A stretch of DNA of 64,000 nt from Promethearchaeota archaeon (GCA_030599585.1 JAUVNS010000003.1:1-64000), one strand, 5' to 3'; shown: positions 50,420 to 60,907, numbered from the stretch's first letter. The notes: generated from the sequence alone by a model not told the origin. Numbers and translations are program-made.

Positions 50420-51820
50420 TTAATTTTTATCATCTTTTGTTTTATTATTTTCCATTAATTTCAGTCGTAATTTAACATTTTTAGATACTCTTTTTATTCC
50501 TAGGTCAAAATCATCTAGTGTGATTTCTATTTGTTCAAGATACTTCGGATCAATCTTTTCAGAATCGAACTCCATTGATGGTAGTAACCTTCTCAACACA
50601 AAAATTAAAGCTTCTTTACATACCGCAGAAATATCAGCTCCACTAAAATTATGAGTCTTTTTAGCTAATTCTTTAATTGAAACCGATTTTTCTAATGGCA
50701 TACTTCTTGTATGAATTCTAAATATTTCTGCACGACTATTTTCTTCAGGTAACTTTATCTCAATTATTCTGTCAAATCTCCCCGGGCTAAGTAAAGCAGG
50801 TTCTAATAAATTAAGCTTATTGGTTATGCCAATTACAATAACTCTTCCTCTGTCATCGAACCCATCCAGTAAGGACAACAACTGAGATGTAACTCTTCTA
50901 TCTACTTCTCCAGTCTTTTCGCCTATTTTTGGAGCAATTGAATCTAATTCGTCGATAAGGATAATTGAAGGCGCGTTTTTTTTAGCGTCATCGAAGATAT
51001 CTCTTAGATTTTGTTCGCTTTGTCCATAAAATTTACTCATGATTTCAGGACCGCTAATAGTTATAAAATGGGCATCAGTTTCAAATGCAACTGCTCTGGC
51101 TAACAGAGTTTTTCCCGTTCCAGAAGGACCATGTAATAAAACACCTTTAGGTGGATCGATTCCAATGGTTTTGAATATTTCTGGATGTCTTATTGGCAAT
51201 TCGATCATTTCACGAATTCTCTGAATTTCGTCTTCTAACCCTCCTATATCTTCGTAACTTACCCTTGATTTTTCTCTTTCAATAATTTCTTTATGAGTTT
51301 TTTCACTTAATTTAATCTCCGTACCAGAATGAATTCTTACTGCGGCAGTTTTTGGTAAAAAATCAATAACTACAAAGTCATATTTCTTATTATACGAGTA
51401 AAAGCTTAATATATCGTTCTTAGTAAGAACCCTATTCTCTAAAAGGGAGTTTAGTTGCTTCGGGCTAATTACAATCGTTTCTGTTAATCCTGCGAATACT
51501 ACTTTTTCCGCTAAAGCAACTTTAATTTTGCAAATCTCAACATAATCATCTAAGGTAGTATCGATGTTTCTGCGTAAAAATGGATCTAGCCGAATTATAC
51601 CTGCCCCATTATCTTCACGTTTACTTGGAAATAATAATGCAGCAGTTTTTAATTTTGAAATGGGGTTATATATCTCTAACACATCACCATTTTTTAAATT
51701 CAACTTTTTTACGACTTCAGCGTCAATCCTAATTCTACCTTGCCCAGAATCATTCTTGAAAGCGTCTTTCACTCTAAGTCTATTATCTTTTCCTTCCACA
51801 CCACTTGAAATTTCACTCAT
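50420..51820 (-). CDS. CDC48/VAT-like AAA ATPase, N-domain plus single AAA module
   Basis: Double-psi N-domain; [36 protein letters not shown]. Confidence 0.9.
   Translation of the reverse strand: MSEISSGVEGKDNRLRVKDAFKNDSGQGRIRIDAEVVKKLNLKNGDVLEIYNPISKLKTAALLFPSKREDNGAGIIRLDPFLRRNIDTTLDDYVEICKIKVALAEKVVFAGLTETIVISPKQLNSLLENRVLTKNDILSFYSYNKKYDFVVIDFLPKTAAVRIHSGTEIKLSEKTHKEIIEREKSRVSYEDIGGLEDEIQRIREMIELPIRHPEIFKTIGIDPPKGVLLHGPSGTGKTLLARAVAFETDAHFITISGPEIMSKFYGQSEQNLRDIFDDAKKNAPSIILIDELDSIAPKIGEKTGEVDRRVTSQLLSLLDGFDDRGRVIVIGITNKLNLLEPALLSPGRFDRIIEIKLPEENSRAEIFRIHTRSMPLEKSVSIKELAKKTHNFSGADISAVCKEALIFVLRRLLPSMEFDSEKIDPKYLEQIEITLDDFDLGIKRVSKNVKLRLKLMENNKTKDDKN
50658..50800. repeat. 143-bp near-identical tract shared with 52163-52305
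   Basis: 142/143 identical by manual comparison. Confidence 0.85.
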
Positions 51821-51915
51821 TTTGTAATCACACTCAAATCTTCTTATTATGCATTACTATCGTTATAATTCCGTTATTAACTTCTAAAAAATGATCGTCC
51901 ATTGTAGATTCAGAC

Positions 51916-53325
51916 TTAGATTTTTTTATTATTATTTTCTTTTGTTTTATTATATTCCATCAATTTTTGGCGTAGTTTAACATTTTTTGATATTTTTTTT
52001 AATCCCTGGTCAAAATCATTTGGTGTTATTTCTATTTGTTTAAGTAATTTAGAATCAATTTCTTCAGAATCTAACTCAATTTGTGGTAGTACTCTTCTCA
52101 AGGCAAAAATTAAAGCTTCTTTACATACTCCAGTAATATCAGCTCCACTAAAATTCGGGGTGTTTTTAGCTAATTCTTTAATTGAAACCGATTTTTCTAA
52201 TGGCATACTTCTTGTATGAATTCTAAATATTTCTGCACGACTATTTTCTTCAGGTAAATTTATCTCAATTATTCTGTCAAATCTCCCCGGGCTAAGTAAA
52301 GCAGGCTCTAATGATTCTATTTTATTTGTTATGCCAATTACAATAACTTCCCCTCTACTATACGATCCATCTATCAAAGAAATTAATTGAGCAACAACTC
52401 TCTTTTCTACATCACCAGTTTTTTCTTCTCTTTTTGGAGCAATTACGTCGATATTATCTATGAATATAATAGCTGGGCTGTTATTTTCAGCTTTTTTGAA
52501 TAGCTCTCTTAGTTTTTTCTCAGATTCGCCATAAAATTTTCTCATTATTTCTGGACCATTTATTGAAATGGAGAAAGCTTCGCTTTCATTAGAAATTGCT
52601 CTTAATAAAAGAGATTTCCCACACCCTGAGGGGCCATATAGTAAGATTCCTCGTGGAAGTTTTATCTCAAACCTCGAACTTAGAGATGGAATCTTTGAAG
52701 GGAGTTCTATAATTTCTCTTATTTCCATTATCTCCTCTTTTAACCCTCCAATTTCTTCATATGTAACAAGATCTGCTCCTCCTTCATTATCTTCAATTAT
52801 ATCATCGCTTATTTTTAAAATTGTTCTTGGTTTAATTGTACAAACTCCGTTTGGTTTTAAATTTATTACTTTAAATGTTATCTCTCTACTAATTCCTATT
52901 GATATTAATAAGAGATCTCCAATTGTAACGGGGAAATTATTTAATTTTCGTTGAACGAAGGTTTCAAACCTTGGGTTTGATTTTAATTTAACACCAATTG
53001 GTGCTAAAACGATATTTTGAGCGGTATGAGTTTTTACTTTTCTGATTCGAATCGTTTCATCAATACTTGTACCTATATTTTTTATCAATCTAGAACTGAT
53101 ACGAACAATTCCTAATCCACTATCATGAGGATAACTTGGCCAAGCTATTCCAGCACTCTCTTTCTTTCCAACTAGGGCGATGATATCTCCAGTTTTTATA
53201 TCTAATATTTCCATGGTTTCCTGATCAATTCTTGCAATATTCCTTTCTTTATCCCTCTTTTTTGCTTTTTGTACGCGTAAAGCTACTATTAAGTCATCTT
53301 CAATATTATTAGTTCTATCTTTCAT
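51916..53325 (-). CDS. CDC48/VAT-like AAA protein, N-domain plus single AAA module, Walker B altered
   Basis: [28 protein letters not shown]. Confidence 0.9.
   Translation of the reverse strand: MKDRTNNIEDDLIVALRVQKAKKRDKERNIARIDQETMEILDIKTGDIIALVGKKESAGIAWPSYPHDSGLGIVRISSRLIKNIGTSIDETIRIRKVKTHTAQNIVLAPIGVKLKSNPRFETFVQRKLNNFPVTIGDLLLISIGISREITFKVINLKPNGVCTIKPRTILKISDDIIEDNEGGADLVTYEEIGGLKEEIMEIREIIELPSKIPSLSSRFEIKLPRGILLYGPSGCGKSLLLRAISNESEAFSISINGPEIMRKFYGESEKKLRELFKKAENNSPAIIFIDNIDVIAPKREEKTGDVEKRVVAQLISLIDGSYSRGEVIVIGITNKIESLEPALLSPGRFDRIIEINLPEENSRAEIFRIHTRSMPLEKSVSIKELAKNTPNFSGADITGVCKEALIFALRRVLPQIELDSEEIDSKLLKQIEITPNDFDQGLKKISKNVKLRQKLMEYNKTKENNNKKI
52163..52305. repeat. Second copy of the 143-bp tract
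   Basis: Matches 50658-50800 with one mismatch. Confidence 0.85.
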
Positions 53326-53514
53326 TATACATCAAAATTGAAATAAATGGATTTATTAGAATAGAAGGAATTCAGAGTTAAATAATTTCAGAACTTTAGT
53401 TGATCAATTCTTAAGATGTGATTTGGCAAAGTTTACAATAATACATAAATATGCTTAAAACATATACCATATCAATTTATAATTAAAAAAAATTAGGAAA
53501 ATTAGTGGTTAGTA

Positions 53515-54279
53515 TTGGATATTGTAGATATTTTGCAAGGAAGTCTTAGTCTAATTTTTGTTCTAATTTCCTTTGTTATCGGAGTCTCAATCATTTCCAA
53601 ATATGGTAAATTTAAGAGTCGCTTATACATTCTAGTAGGGCTAACCTGGCTCATGTTGTCCACTCTTTGGCTACCAGAAGCAGTTTCATTCCTAATGAGC
53701 TTAATTATTCAACAAACTCTCGTTATAGAATGGTATTTTATTCTCGGCAATGTTTTCGTTCCGGTCGCTGTTTTTACTTGGATTTATGCCTATACAGACA
53801 TGATCAGTAAAGATAAACAGAAATTTATTTTAATCTTAATAGTAATCTTTGGCATTGTATTTGAAGGGTTGTTTTTCTATCATTTCTTTTTGGATATAAA
53901 TTTAATTGGAGTAATTAGCCCGTTAAGACCATTTAGTGCCGATTTGGGATATTTTTTAACAATATTATTGTTAATATCATTTCTCATTTTATTTGTGACT
54001 GGTCTAAAGTTTGCTAGAAAATCAATAAAATCTGAAAATCAAGAAGTTAGATTAAAAGGGAAACTGCTTCAATTTGCTTTTATCGCTTTTACAATTGCCG
54101 CCCTGCTTGAGAAAACAGCAAGATCTATTCTGATAGGAACGGTTTTTCTTGATCCAACTATTCTATTCTTATCAGCGATACTAGTGATTGTAAGAGTGTT
54201 ATTAATATCAAGCGCTATTGCATTCTATGGTGGCTTTCTCTTACCACGCTGGATTAAGGAAATCTTTTTACAACAATAA
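53515..54279 (+). CDS. Seven-transmembrane hypothetical protein (paralog 1)
   Basis: Seven hydrophobic segments; about 80% identical to 56106-56867 by manual alignment. Confidence 0.8.
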   Translation: MDIVDILQGSLSLIFVLISFVIGVSIISKYGKFKSRLYILVGLTWLMLSTLWLPEAVSFLMSLIIQQTLVIEWYFILGNVFVPVAVFTWIYAYTDMISKDKQKFILILIVIFGIVFEGLFFYHFFLDINLIGVISPLRPFSADLGYFLTILLLISFLILFVTGLKFARKSIKSENQEVRLKGKLLQFAFIAFTIAALLEKTARSILIGTVFLDPTILFLSAILVIVRVLLISSAIAFYGGFLLPRWIKEIFLQQ

Positions 54280-54342
54280 TTTTTTTTTTTAATTTTTTTT
54301 TTATATGCAATACAAGAATTTCATTTAAGAAGAAATTTTAAA

Positions 54343-54903
54343 TTACCTTGAAACTTTAAAGTAGAGCTCTCTTACTAGCTTTTGAAACGCTTCAATAACT
54401 CCTTGTCCTGTCAAAGCACTTGTTTTAAAGTATTCGATGATGGTATGTTCATTTACAAATTTCGTAACGTTAAAATCCGAATTATCTTTATCCTCGTTAG
54501 AAAACAGCTCGGTTTCATCAATTAAATCGATCTTGTTCCCAAATAAAGCAATTGGAATATCTCCGCAAAATTTTTTAAGTTCATTCAACCACTTTTCGAG
54601 GTGATCAAAACTTTCTAATTCTTCGGGAGCATGGGAAAACACAATTATTGCCCCACTGCTTCCCTTATAAAACTTCTTGCGCATTAATTCAAACGTTTCC
54701 TGTCCCGCAATATCCCAAATGAACAATCGAACTTTCTTACCTTCTAGATATTCTTCATATTTCGAAAATTGAGCGCCTAAAGTGGCAATATAATCCTTTT
54801 GAAAAGCTCCCGTGGTGTATTTCCTAATTAAAGTAGTCTTTCCAACCGAGGGATCTCCAACTACTATTATTTTAAATTTAAAATCTTCTTCGTAGCCTGA
54901 CAT
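54343..54903 (-). CDS. Rab-like small GTPase
   Basis: GDPSVGKT, ATLG, WDIAGQ, NKID, TSAL. Confidence 0.93.
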   Translation of the reverse strand: MSGYEEDFKFKIIVVGDPSVGKTTLIRKYTTGAFQKDYIATLGAQFSKYEEYLEGKKVRLFIWDIAGQETFELMRKKFYKGSSGAIIVFSHAPEELESFDHLEKWLNELKKFCGDIPIALFGNKIDLIDETELFSNEDKDNSDFNVTKFVNEHTIIEYFKTSALTGQGVIEAFQKLVRELYFKVSR

Positions 54904-55080
54904 TATATTTTAGAAAAATTAAGTTTTTTTTTAAATTTTTAATATCTACAATGAATAATGAACTCGATTATTTTTATCTCTTTATAAAGTTCCAAATCTC
55001 AACATTTAAAGAATTAAAGATTTATTGTTACTATTAAGGAAATTTTGAAACTAATTAAAGAGAATAAATTTGATGTAAAT

Positions 55081-55977
55081 ATGACCGAAGATCAAGAAAA
55101 TCAAAACGAAGGTGAAAATAATACGGAGAAAGAAGAATTAAGCGAAGATCGAGACGATTTAGACACATATATCTCAGAAATGAAGCACCTTGAGACAGAT
55201 TTTTCTGATTTGGAAGACTTAGATTTCGAAGAATTAAAAGAAATGCAAGAAGCGATTGCAAAAGTAAAAGAATTAGAAAAATTTGAGGTTGACGGGAATT
55301 TCGAGGAAATTGTACCAAATATTCAATCATCTGAGCAAGAAGATTATATAGCGCAAAAAGAAGCGATGATAAGTGATTTTTCAGATATTGAAGGTATTGA
55401 TTTTGAGGAACTACAAGAAATGCAAAAAGCAATTGAATCTGTAAAACAAGAAGAAATTCAAGAAACTGGAGCAAATTTAAACCAAATGGGTGGAACCGAT
55501 TTAATATCTTCAGATTTGGAAGAACGGATAAAGCAAGAACTCTTAGAAAGAAAGCAAGAAACCAAGAAAAAAGTTATCACTCCAGAACTTTTCATTGAGC
55601 GCACTAAGGATAAGCTAGATAAAATTTGGTATCATGCGCTTTGTTATTTAGTTTATGAGGCAGAAGACCACATTGCGAGTAAGACACTTCTCTATGAAAT
55701 GTTGAAGGAAGTAACGAGCAAAAGTCCGATAGATCCCATTCCAGAAAACCAGTTTTATTTTGGATTAGGATACATTTTAAGATTATCGCTAAATGAGAAA
55801 CAAGTTGTTAAATACATCAAAGGGGGCAAATTTAAGGTTAATGTAGCCGAAAAAGGGATAAAAGATATTCTAGACGAATTAGGGGAACCAATAAGCAGAC
55901 GACCCATTCTCACGGATGAAGAAAAGAAGAAAATGTATGAAGAATTTCTCAATGACGATTTTTTCGATCAAATTTGA
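55081..55977 (+). CDS. Acidic repeat protein with C-terminal globular (possibly wHTH-like) domain
   Basis: Two DFSD[LI]ExxDFEELxEMQxAIxxVK repeats; ATG 55081 or TTG 55045. Confidence 0.65.
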   Translation: MTEDQENQNEGENNTEKEELSEDRDDLDTYISEMKHLETDFSDLEDLDFEELKEMQEAIAKVKELEKFEVDGNFEEIVPNIQSSEQEDYIAQKEAMISDFSDIEGIDFEELQEMQKAIESVKQEEIQETGANLNQMGGTDLISSDLEERIKQELLERKQETKKKVITPELFIERTKDKLDKIWYHALCYLVYEAEDHIASKTLLYEMLKEVTSKSPIDPIPENQFYFGLGYILRLSLNEKQVVKYIKGGKFKVNVAEKGIKDILDELGEPISRRPILTDEEKKKMYEEFLNDDFFDQI

Positions 55978-56105
55978 AGGAATGAAATAAATCGTAATGT
56001 TTATCTAAAAACTGCTTCTGATACTTAAAATTATAAATAGATCAAAATATTAATTACATACTTCTTACCATTTAATAAAAAAAAATAGAAAAATTAGTGG
56101 TTAAT

Positions 56106-56867
56106 ATGGATATAGTAGATATTTTACAAGGAAGTCTTAGCCTAATTTTTGTTCTAATTTCCTTTGTTATCGGATTTACAATCATTTCCAAATATGGTAA
56201 AATTAAGAATAGATTATACATTCTTGTGGGGCTTACTTGGCTCACATTGTCCACTCTTTGGCTACCAGAAGCAAGTTCATTCCTAATGAGCTTATTCATT
56301 CAACAAACTCTCGCTATAGAATGGTATTTTATTCTTGGAAATGTTTTCGTTCCGATCGCTTTAATTTGTTGGGTAACTGCTTATACAGATATGGTCAATA
56401 AAAAAAAACAAAAGATACCTATAGCGCTCATTTTAGTCTTTAGTGTTGTCTTTGAAGTGCTGTTTTTTTACCATTTCTTTTTGGATATAAACTTAATTGG
56501 AGTAATTAGCCCGTTAAGTCCCTTTAGTGCCGATTTGGGCTATTTCTTAGCAATATTATTGTTAATTTCATTTCTCATCTTATTTATGACCGGTTTTAAG
56601 TTTGCTAGAAAATCAATAAGGTCTGAAAATAAAGAAGTTCGATTAAAAGGGAAACTCCTCCAGGTAGCGTTTATTACTTTTACTATCGCTGCTTTATTAG
56701 AGAAAACAATTAGATCAATTCTTTTAGGTATCGTCTTTACAGACCCGACCAATCCGGTATTATCCATTGCGTTAGTGGTTGATCGATTACTCTTGATTAT
56801 TAGCGCATTTGCGTTTTACGGTGGTTTTCTCTTACCCGGTTGGATGAAAAAAATCTTTACCAAATAA
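56106..56867 (+). CDS. Seven-transmembrane hypothetical protein (paralog 2)
   Basis: Paralog of 53515-54279 including a shared upstream sequence (aaaattagtggtta). Confidence 0.8.
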   Translation: MDIVDILQGSLSLIFVLISFVIGFTIISKYGKIKNRLYILVGLTWLTLSTLWLPEASSFLMSLFIQQTLAIEWYFILGNVFVPIALICWVTAYTDMVNKKKQKIPIALILVFSVVFEVLFFYHFFLDINLIGVISPLSPFSADLGYFLAILLLISFLILFMTGFKFARKSIRSENKEVRLKGKLLQVAFITFTIAALLEKTIRSILLGIVFTDPTNPVLSIALVVDRLLLIISAFAFYGGFLLPGWMKKIFTK

Positions 56868-57018
56868 TTTTTTTTTCTTTTTATTATTAATTGATTAAAC
56901 CCTTTATACATAAAATAAGAATTTCTTCACTTAGTAAACTGTGAATGTTAATATGATTAAAAATATTTAATTAATTAGTAGATATCAAACATATAGCCAT
57001 ATTTTATTATTCAAAGCC

Positions 57019-57654
57019 ATGAAAGATAAACCTTCTCTACTGATTATGGGAAATTCAAATGTAGGAAAAAGTTCAATAACAAGACTATTACTCCCAAATC
57101 CAAAAAAGTTTAAAGGGAGGGCAGGTAAACAACCCGGGAGCACACTACTAATAAAATCTATAGGGTTTCCTCAGATGCCATATAAAATCGTGGATTTACC
57201 CGGATTTGGGTATATGAAGGACTCTAGCCGCCGAAGAGAGGAACACATAAAGAAACAAATAGTCATACATATTGAAAAACACCATCATGAATACTTTTTT
57301 GGTTTAATAGTACTGAATTCATTAAGAATTGAAGATGAGTTAAAAAAATATTTTAAGGAAAATGAGACTGCTATCCCTCTAACTTTTGAATTGATTAAAT
57401 TTCTAATTGAATTTGAAATACCACTTTTGGTCATTTTAAATAAAATAGATAAGATTTCAGTTTTCGATAAGAAAAGAATATTTTCACTTTTGATCAATTC
57501 TGCTAAGGCTTATGACTTAAACTTAGTTCAACTAACTGATGAAGTAGGTAATAATAATAATGAAATACCTTATTTAGAATTCTCGGCATTGAAAAAAACA
57601 AATTTAGATAAATTAAAAAGAGTTATAAAAGCATCCCTACAAAAGAAAGGTTAA
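57019..57654 (+). CDS. engB: EngB/YihA family GTP-binding protein
   Basis: GNSNVGKSS, GKQPGST, VDLPGFGY, NKID, SA. Confidence 0.88.
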   Translation: MKDKPSLLIMGNSNVGKSSITRLLLPNPKKFKGRAGKQPGSTLLIKSIGFPQMPYKIVDLPGFGYMKDSSRRREEHIKKQIVIHIEKHHHEYFFGLIVLNSLRIEDELKKYFKENETAIPLTFELIKFLIEFEIPLLVILNKIDKISVFDKKRIFSLLINSAKAYDLNLVQLTDEVGNNNNEIPYLEFSALKKTNLDKLKRVIKASLQKKG

Positions 57655-57670
57655 AAACTTTTTTTTGAAC

Positions 57671-58960
57671 CTAAGGATTTTTTATTACAGGATCTTTATT
57701 CTTATCCCAATTTATAGCAAACAAGAAATCTCTACTTGCCTTATTTCTATAGATCAATGGAAAGTTTCCTATTTCTTCGAATTTGAGAGCTAAATCTTCT
57801 AAATATTCGTAAGTAGGAAAGAAATACTGTATAGATTCTTCGCTATTTAATCGCTTATTTATATTTAGCGCTCGTGCTTGAAGTGTAAAACCCTTTATTT
57901 CAAAAAAATTGGGATTAGCCTTATCAATTAATTTAATATAGTCCTTTATGTAATTTTCAGATATATTTAAGTTTTTTACAGCTGTTAATCTTACTAAGGT
58001 TCTACAAGATAAACTTTCGACTATATCTAAGGTGTCCGATATTTTACTCCACCCATTTTTAATCATAGGACGACAAACTTTTTTATAAATATCTTCATTT
58101 GGTGCTGGTAGCGTGACATAGAGTTGGGATGGCAACGAGTTTAAACTTTCAATTCTTTCTGGTAACGTACCGTTAGTTACAATAAAGGTAGTCATATTTC
58201 GATTACGAAACTCACTTACCAATCCATCTAATTTTGGATATAAGAATGGTTCGCCATCAAGAGATATAGCTGCGTGATTAGGGTTCATAGCTTCACTATG
58301 AGCTTGCATGATTTCATCAGGTGTAGTTAAGGATACGTTGATCAACCTCACGACTTCTTCTCTAGAATCTATACAACAAGATATCTCTTCATCCAGCTTA
58401 TAATTTTTTAACGAATCATCTGAGGGATGAATAAATTCTTGATTTTTTAAAAGATTTACAGCTCTTTCAATTTTGTTCTTACTAACGTGAAGACTCTTGG
58501 ACAGAGAATTTATACTATGATCTTCGCTATTTTTTAACATGTAATAAAGCATATCTGCCATAATCTCATAATTTTCAAGATATCGTCTTAAAGGTAAGTG
58601 ATTTTTAATAATATCTTGATGGTGGCGTATCATTTCATCAACGAGTTCCTTGGGTTCATCTGGTATGACAATAAAATCTCTACCTAGATTTCCTAATTCG
58701 TTATCTCTCCAGCAAAAAACACATTGCTGATTACAAAAAGGCAAAGCAGGAGTATTTTGTAAGCATCGATGACTTTCAATACCAAAAACGCCCTTATAAC
58801 AATTTCTATTATTTCTACCAGTCATCAGTTTTTGTTCTAACCAATGACAAGGTTTAATTGCAGTATGTTTATTTTTTCCAATAATCCGATACGTTGATTT
58901 TGAATATGCTTCTACAAACGCATTTGTAATCTTATTGTCAATAATATATGGATTCGTCAT
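57671..58960 (-). CDS. taw1: tRNA 4-demethylwyosine synthase Taw1/TYW1 (radical SAM) with an inserted HTH-like domain
   Basis: HTAIKPCHW, CYK..FGIESHRC, CNQQCVFCWR, AISLDGEP, VTNG, QLYVTL, EIKG. Confidence 0.92.
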   Translation of the reverse strand: MTNPYIIDNKITNAFVEAYSKSTYRIIGKNKHTAIKPCHWLEQKLMTGRNNRNCYKGVFGIESHRCLQNTPALPFCNQQCVFCWRDNELGNLGRDFIVIPDEPKELVDEMIRHHQDIIKNHLPLRRYLENYEIMADMLYYMLKNSEDHSINSLSKSLHVSKNKIERAVNLLKNQEFIHPSDDSLKNYKLDEEISCCIDSREEVVRLINVSLTTPDEIMQAHSEAMNPNHAAISLDGEPFLYPKLDGLVSEFRNRNMTTFIVTNGTLPERIESLNSLPSQLYVTLPAPNEDIYKKVCRPMIKNGWSKISDTLDIVESLSCRTLVRLTAVKNLNISENYIKDYIKLIDKANPNFFEIKGFTLQARALNINKRLNSEESIQYFFPTYEYLEDLALKFEEIGNFPLIYRNKASRDFLFAINWDKNKDPVIKNP

Positions 58961-59089
58961 TCTCCAATACCATGTTTTTATTCAAAGTCTAATAGATTAT
59001 AATTATAGGTTAATTTAGATATTAAAAATTATTATTTAGAAATATAAGTAGTGATTAGGATTTCATAAGAATTTTTAACGGAGAAAAAA

Positions 59090-59965
59090 ATGCTAAATAA
59101 AATTAAAGGTCAGATGTTAAATTTGGGTTTGAAATTCATTTCTGTAAATGAGAAAGTAGTTCGGATGATATTGGAAACAGGATCTTCGAACATTAACGAA
59201 ATCGTGATAATGCCCGCTGTTAAGATCGTTATGAAAAAGTTAGCTAAGCGACTTCAAAATAAAATCGTTCATGGTAGAGTTTATAACGGTACTCTAAACG
59301 GAATTAAAGTAAGTATTATCCGATCTCAAGTAGGATGTCCCAACATGGCACTTACCTTAGAGTGTTTGAAAAGATCAAAAGCAAAAATAGTTGTAAGAGT
59401 AGATTTTTGTGGTGGTATTTATGGAGAGAATACTGCGATAAATATTGGTGATATTGTGATACCAAAATCAGCTTATTGTGGAGATGGAACGAGTTCTGAG
59501 TACTTAAGAGCTAATCCGACTCTTTTGAACCGATTAGAATCAATAACCAACCCACTTTCATCAACCCAAAATCTTATCGCTAGTCCACAAACAATTTTTA
59601 TATCTAAACCTAACGAAATTTTAAAACAACTTCTTATTAAGGAAGCTCGTTCTCTTTTAACAGGTAAAGTTATAGAATCGCACCTTTGGACTACAGATGC
59701 GTTATTTTGTGAAACGTATGAATTTGTACGTGCCCTAAATTCAATCGATATCAAAGCAATAGACATGGAATCCTCGATTCTATTTTTATTGGGGCAACTT
59801 TACAATATAAAGGTTGCGTCAATCCTATCTGTTTCGGATTTACCTGGAGATGAGAAATACGATCTGCTTAAATCAAATGATCTTCATCCAGATATGGAAT
59901 CTGGAATAGATAACGCTATTAAAATTCTAATAAAAGCTCTCCCAAAAATACAACATTCAATATGA
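59090..59965 (+). CDS. Purine/uridine nucleoside phosphorylase family protein
   Basis: VGCP, RVDFCGG, WTTDALFCET, AIDMESS, SVSD. Confidence 0.85.
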   Translation: MLNKIKGQMLNLGLKFISVNEKVVRMILETGSSNINEIVIMPAVKIVMKKLAKRLQNKIVHGRVYNGTLNGIKVSIIRSQVGCPNMALTLECLKRSKAKIVVRVDFCGGIYGENTAINIGDIVIPKSAYCGDGTSSEYLRANPTLLNRLESITNPLSSTQNLIASPQTIFISKPNEILKQLLIKEARSLLTGKVIESHLWTTDALFCETYEFVRALNSIDIKAIDMESSILFLLGQLYNIKVASILSVSDLPGDEKYDLLKSNDLHPDMESGIDNAIKILIKALPKIQHSI

Positions 59966-59976
59966 AAACAGGGTTA

Positions 59977-60882
59977 CTATAAACCGTTTAGTAATTTAGA
60001 GAAATCAGGTTCGTCAAAAAACTCGTTAAACTTTGTTAAAAGCTCAATATTTATCACGTGTATTTTTTGATTTTTTTGTGTTTTAACTGATTTCACTAAA
60101 TCTAATTCTTTTAATTTTTTTAAGTGGTATTGAACGGTTCCAGAATAGACATCAAGTCCTTCTCCTATCTTAGAAATAGAAATACCCTCTTCCCTAAAAA
60201 ATGCCTCTATTAGTTTTGGAATTAGAGGATTTGTAAAAACTACTTTAAATTTATCATAATCTTCTGGTACATCAGCTAAGAAATAATGTAAAGATTTTCC
60301 TATTCTTTTCGACCTTATGAGTTTGAAACGCTCTAAAGTCATAATATGTTTTAAAAAAGGAGTTCTCGTTATTCCTAATTCTTCTTCGACTTTGTCATCT
60401 CTAGCATGAATTCCTGGATTTTTTTTTATGAACTCCAATATTTTAGCTAGTTTATCGTTGTTTAGAATTTCTAACTTTGTTCTTCTTTCATTTGTGACAA
60501 TCCAACTTTTATCTTCCAAACTTCGTATTGCTAAAAATATTTCTTCCTTACTATAACCTTTCTTGTACGCTAGTTTCGCAATACTTTTTGCGTATAATTT
60601 CTCAATAATAGGAAATTTCTGCAACTCCTCTTCAGAAGATACGTCAATTTCAAAATCGGCATCATACCTTTTTAATTTTAAAATATCTTTTGCGATATTC
60701 AAAACATCAACTTCAATTTCAGTAAGCTCTTCGATTAATGGTTCAGTTTCTATTTGTGATTCCTTTTTTTTCTCTACTTTAGCATCTTGCAGAGGAGTAA
60801 AATCTACGCGTCTAAATGAACTTCCTTCTAATTCTCTTTTCCTGTGTTTTCCTTTTAGTTCTTTTCTTTTCTCTAACGACAT
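59977..60882 (-). CDS. Multi-winged-HTH transcriptional regulator-like protein
   Basis: ILEFIKKNPGIH...HIMTLERFKLI and ISKIGEGLDVYSGTVQYHLKKLKELDLV. Confidence 0.75.
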   Translation of the reverse strand: MSLEKRKELKGKHRKRELEGSSFRRVDFTPLQDAKVEKKKESQIETEPLIEELTEIEVDVLNIAKDILKLKRYDADFEIDVSSEEELQKFPIIEKLYAKSIAKLAYKKGYSKEEIFLAIRSLEDKSWIVTNERRTKLEILNNDKLAKILEFIKKNPGIHARDDKVEEELGITRTPFLKHIMTLERFKLIRSKRIGKSLHYFLADVPEDYDKFKVVFTNPLIPKLIEAFFREEGISISKIGEGLDVYSGTVQYHLKKLKELDLVKSVKTQKNQKIHVINIELLTKFNEFFDEPDFSKLLNGL

Positions 60883-60907
60883 TACTCAATGAGTTTATGT
60901 TTAAATT

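Noticed and set aside
50420-53325. A single CDC48 gene split by frameshift
   Set aside because: Each ORF has its own N-domain and D1-like module, so they are paralogs, not D1 and D2 halves
53515-56867. 7-TM proteins as microbial rhodopsins
   Set aside because: No retinal-binding Lys (DxxxK or SxxxK) in helix 7 and no RYxxW-type helix 3 motif
58325-58597. Intein in Taw1
   Set aside because: No N-terminal Cys/Ser block or C-terminal His-Asn splice motif; too short
746-60892. Short antisense or alternate-frame ORFs in the track (e.g. 746-1003, 3845-4300, 9055-9252, 19119-19505, 25630-26001, 52568-52954, 55055-55474)
   Set aside because: They lie within well-supported genes and have no motifs; shadow ORFs
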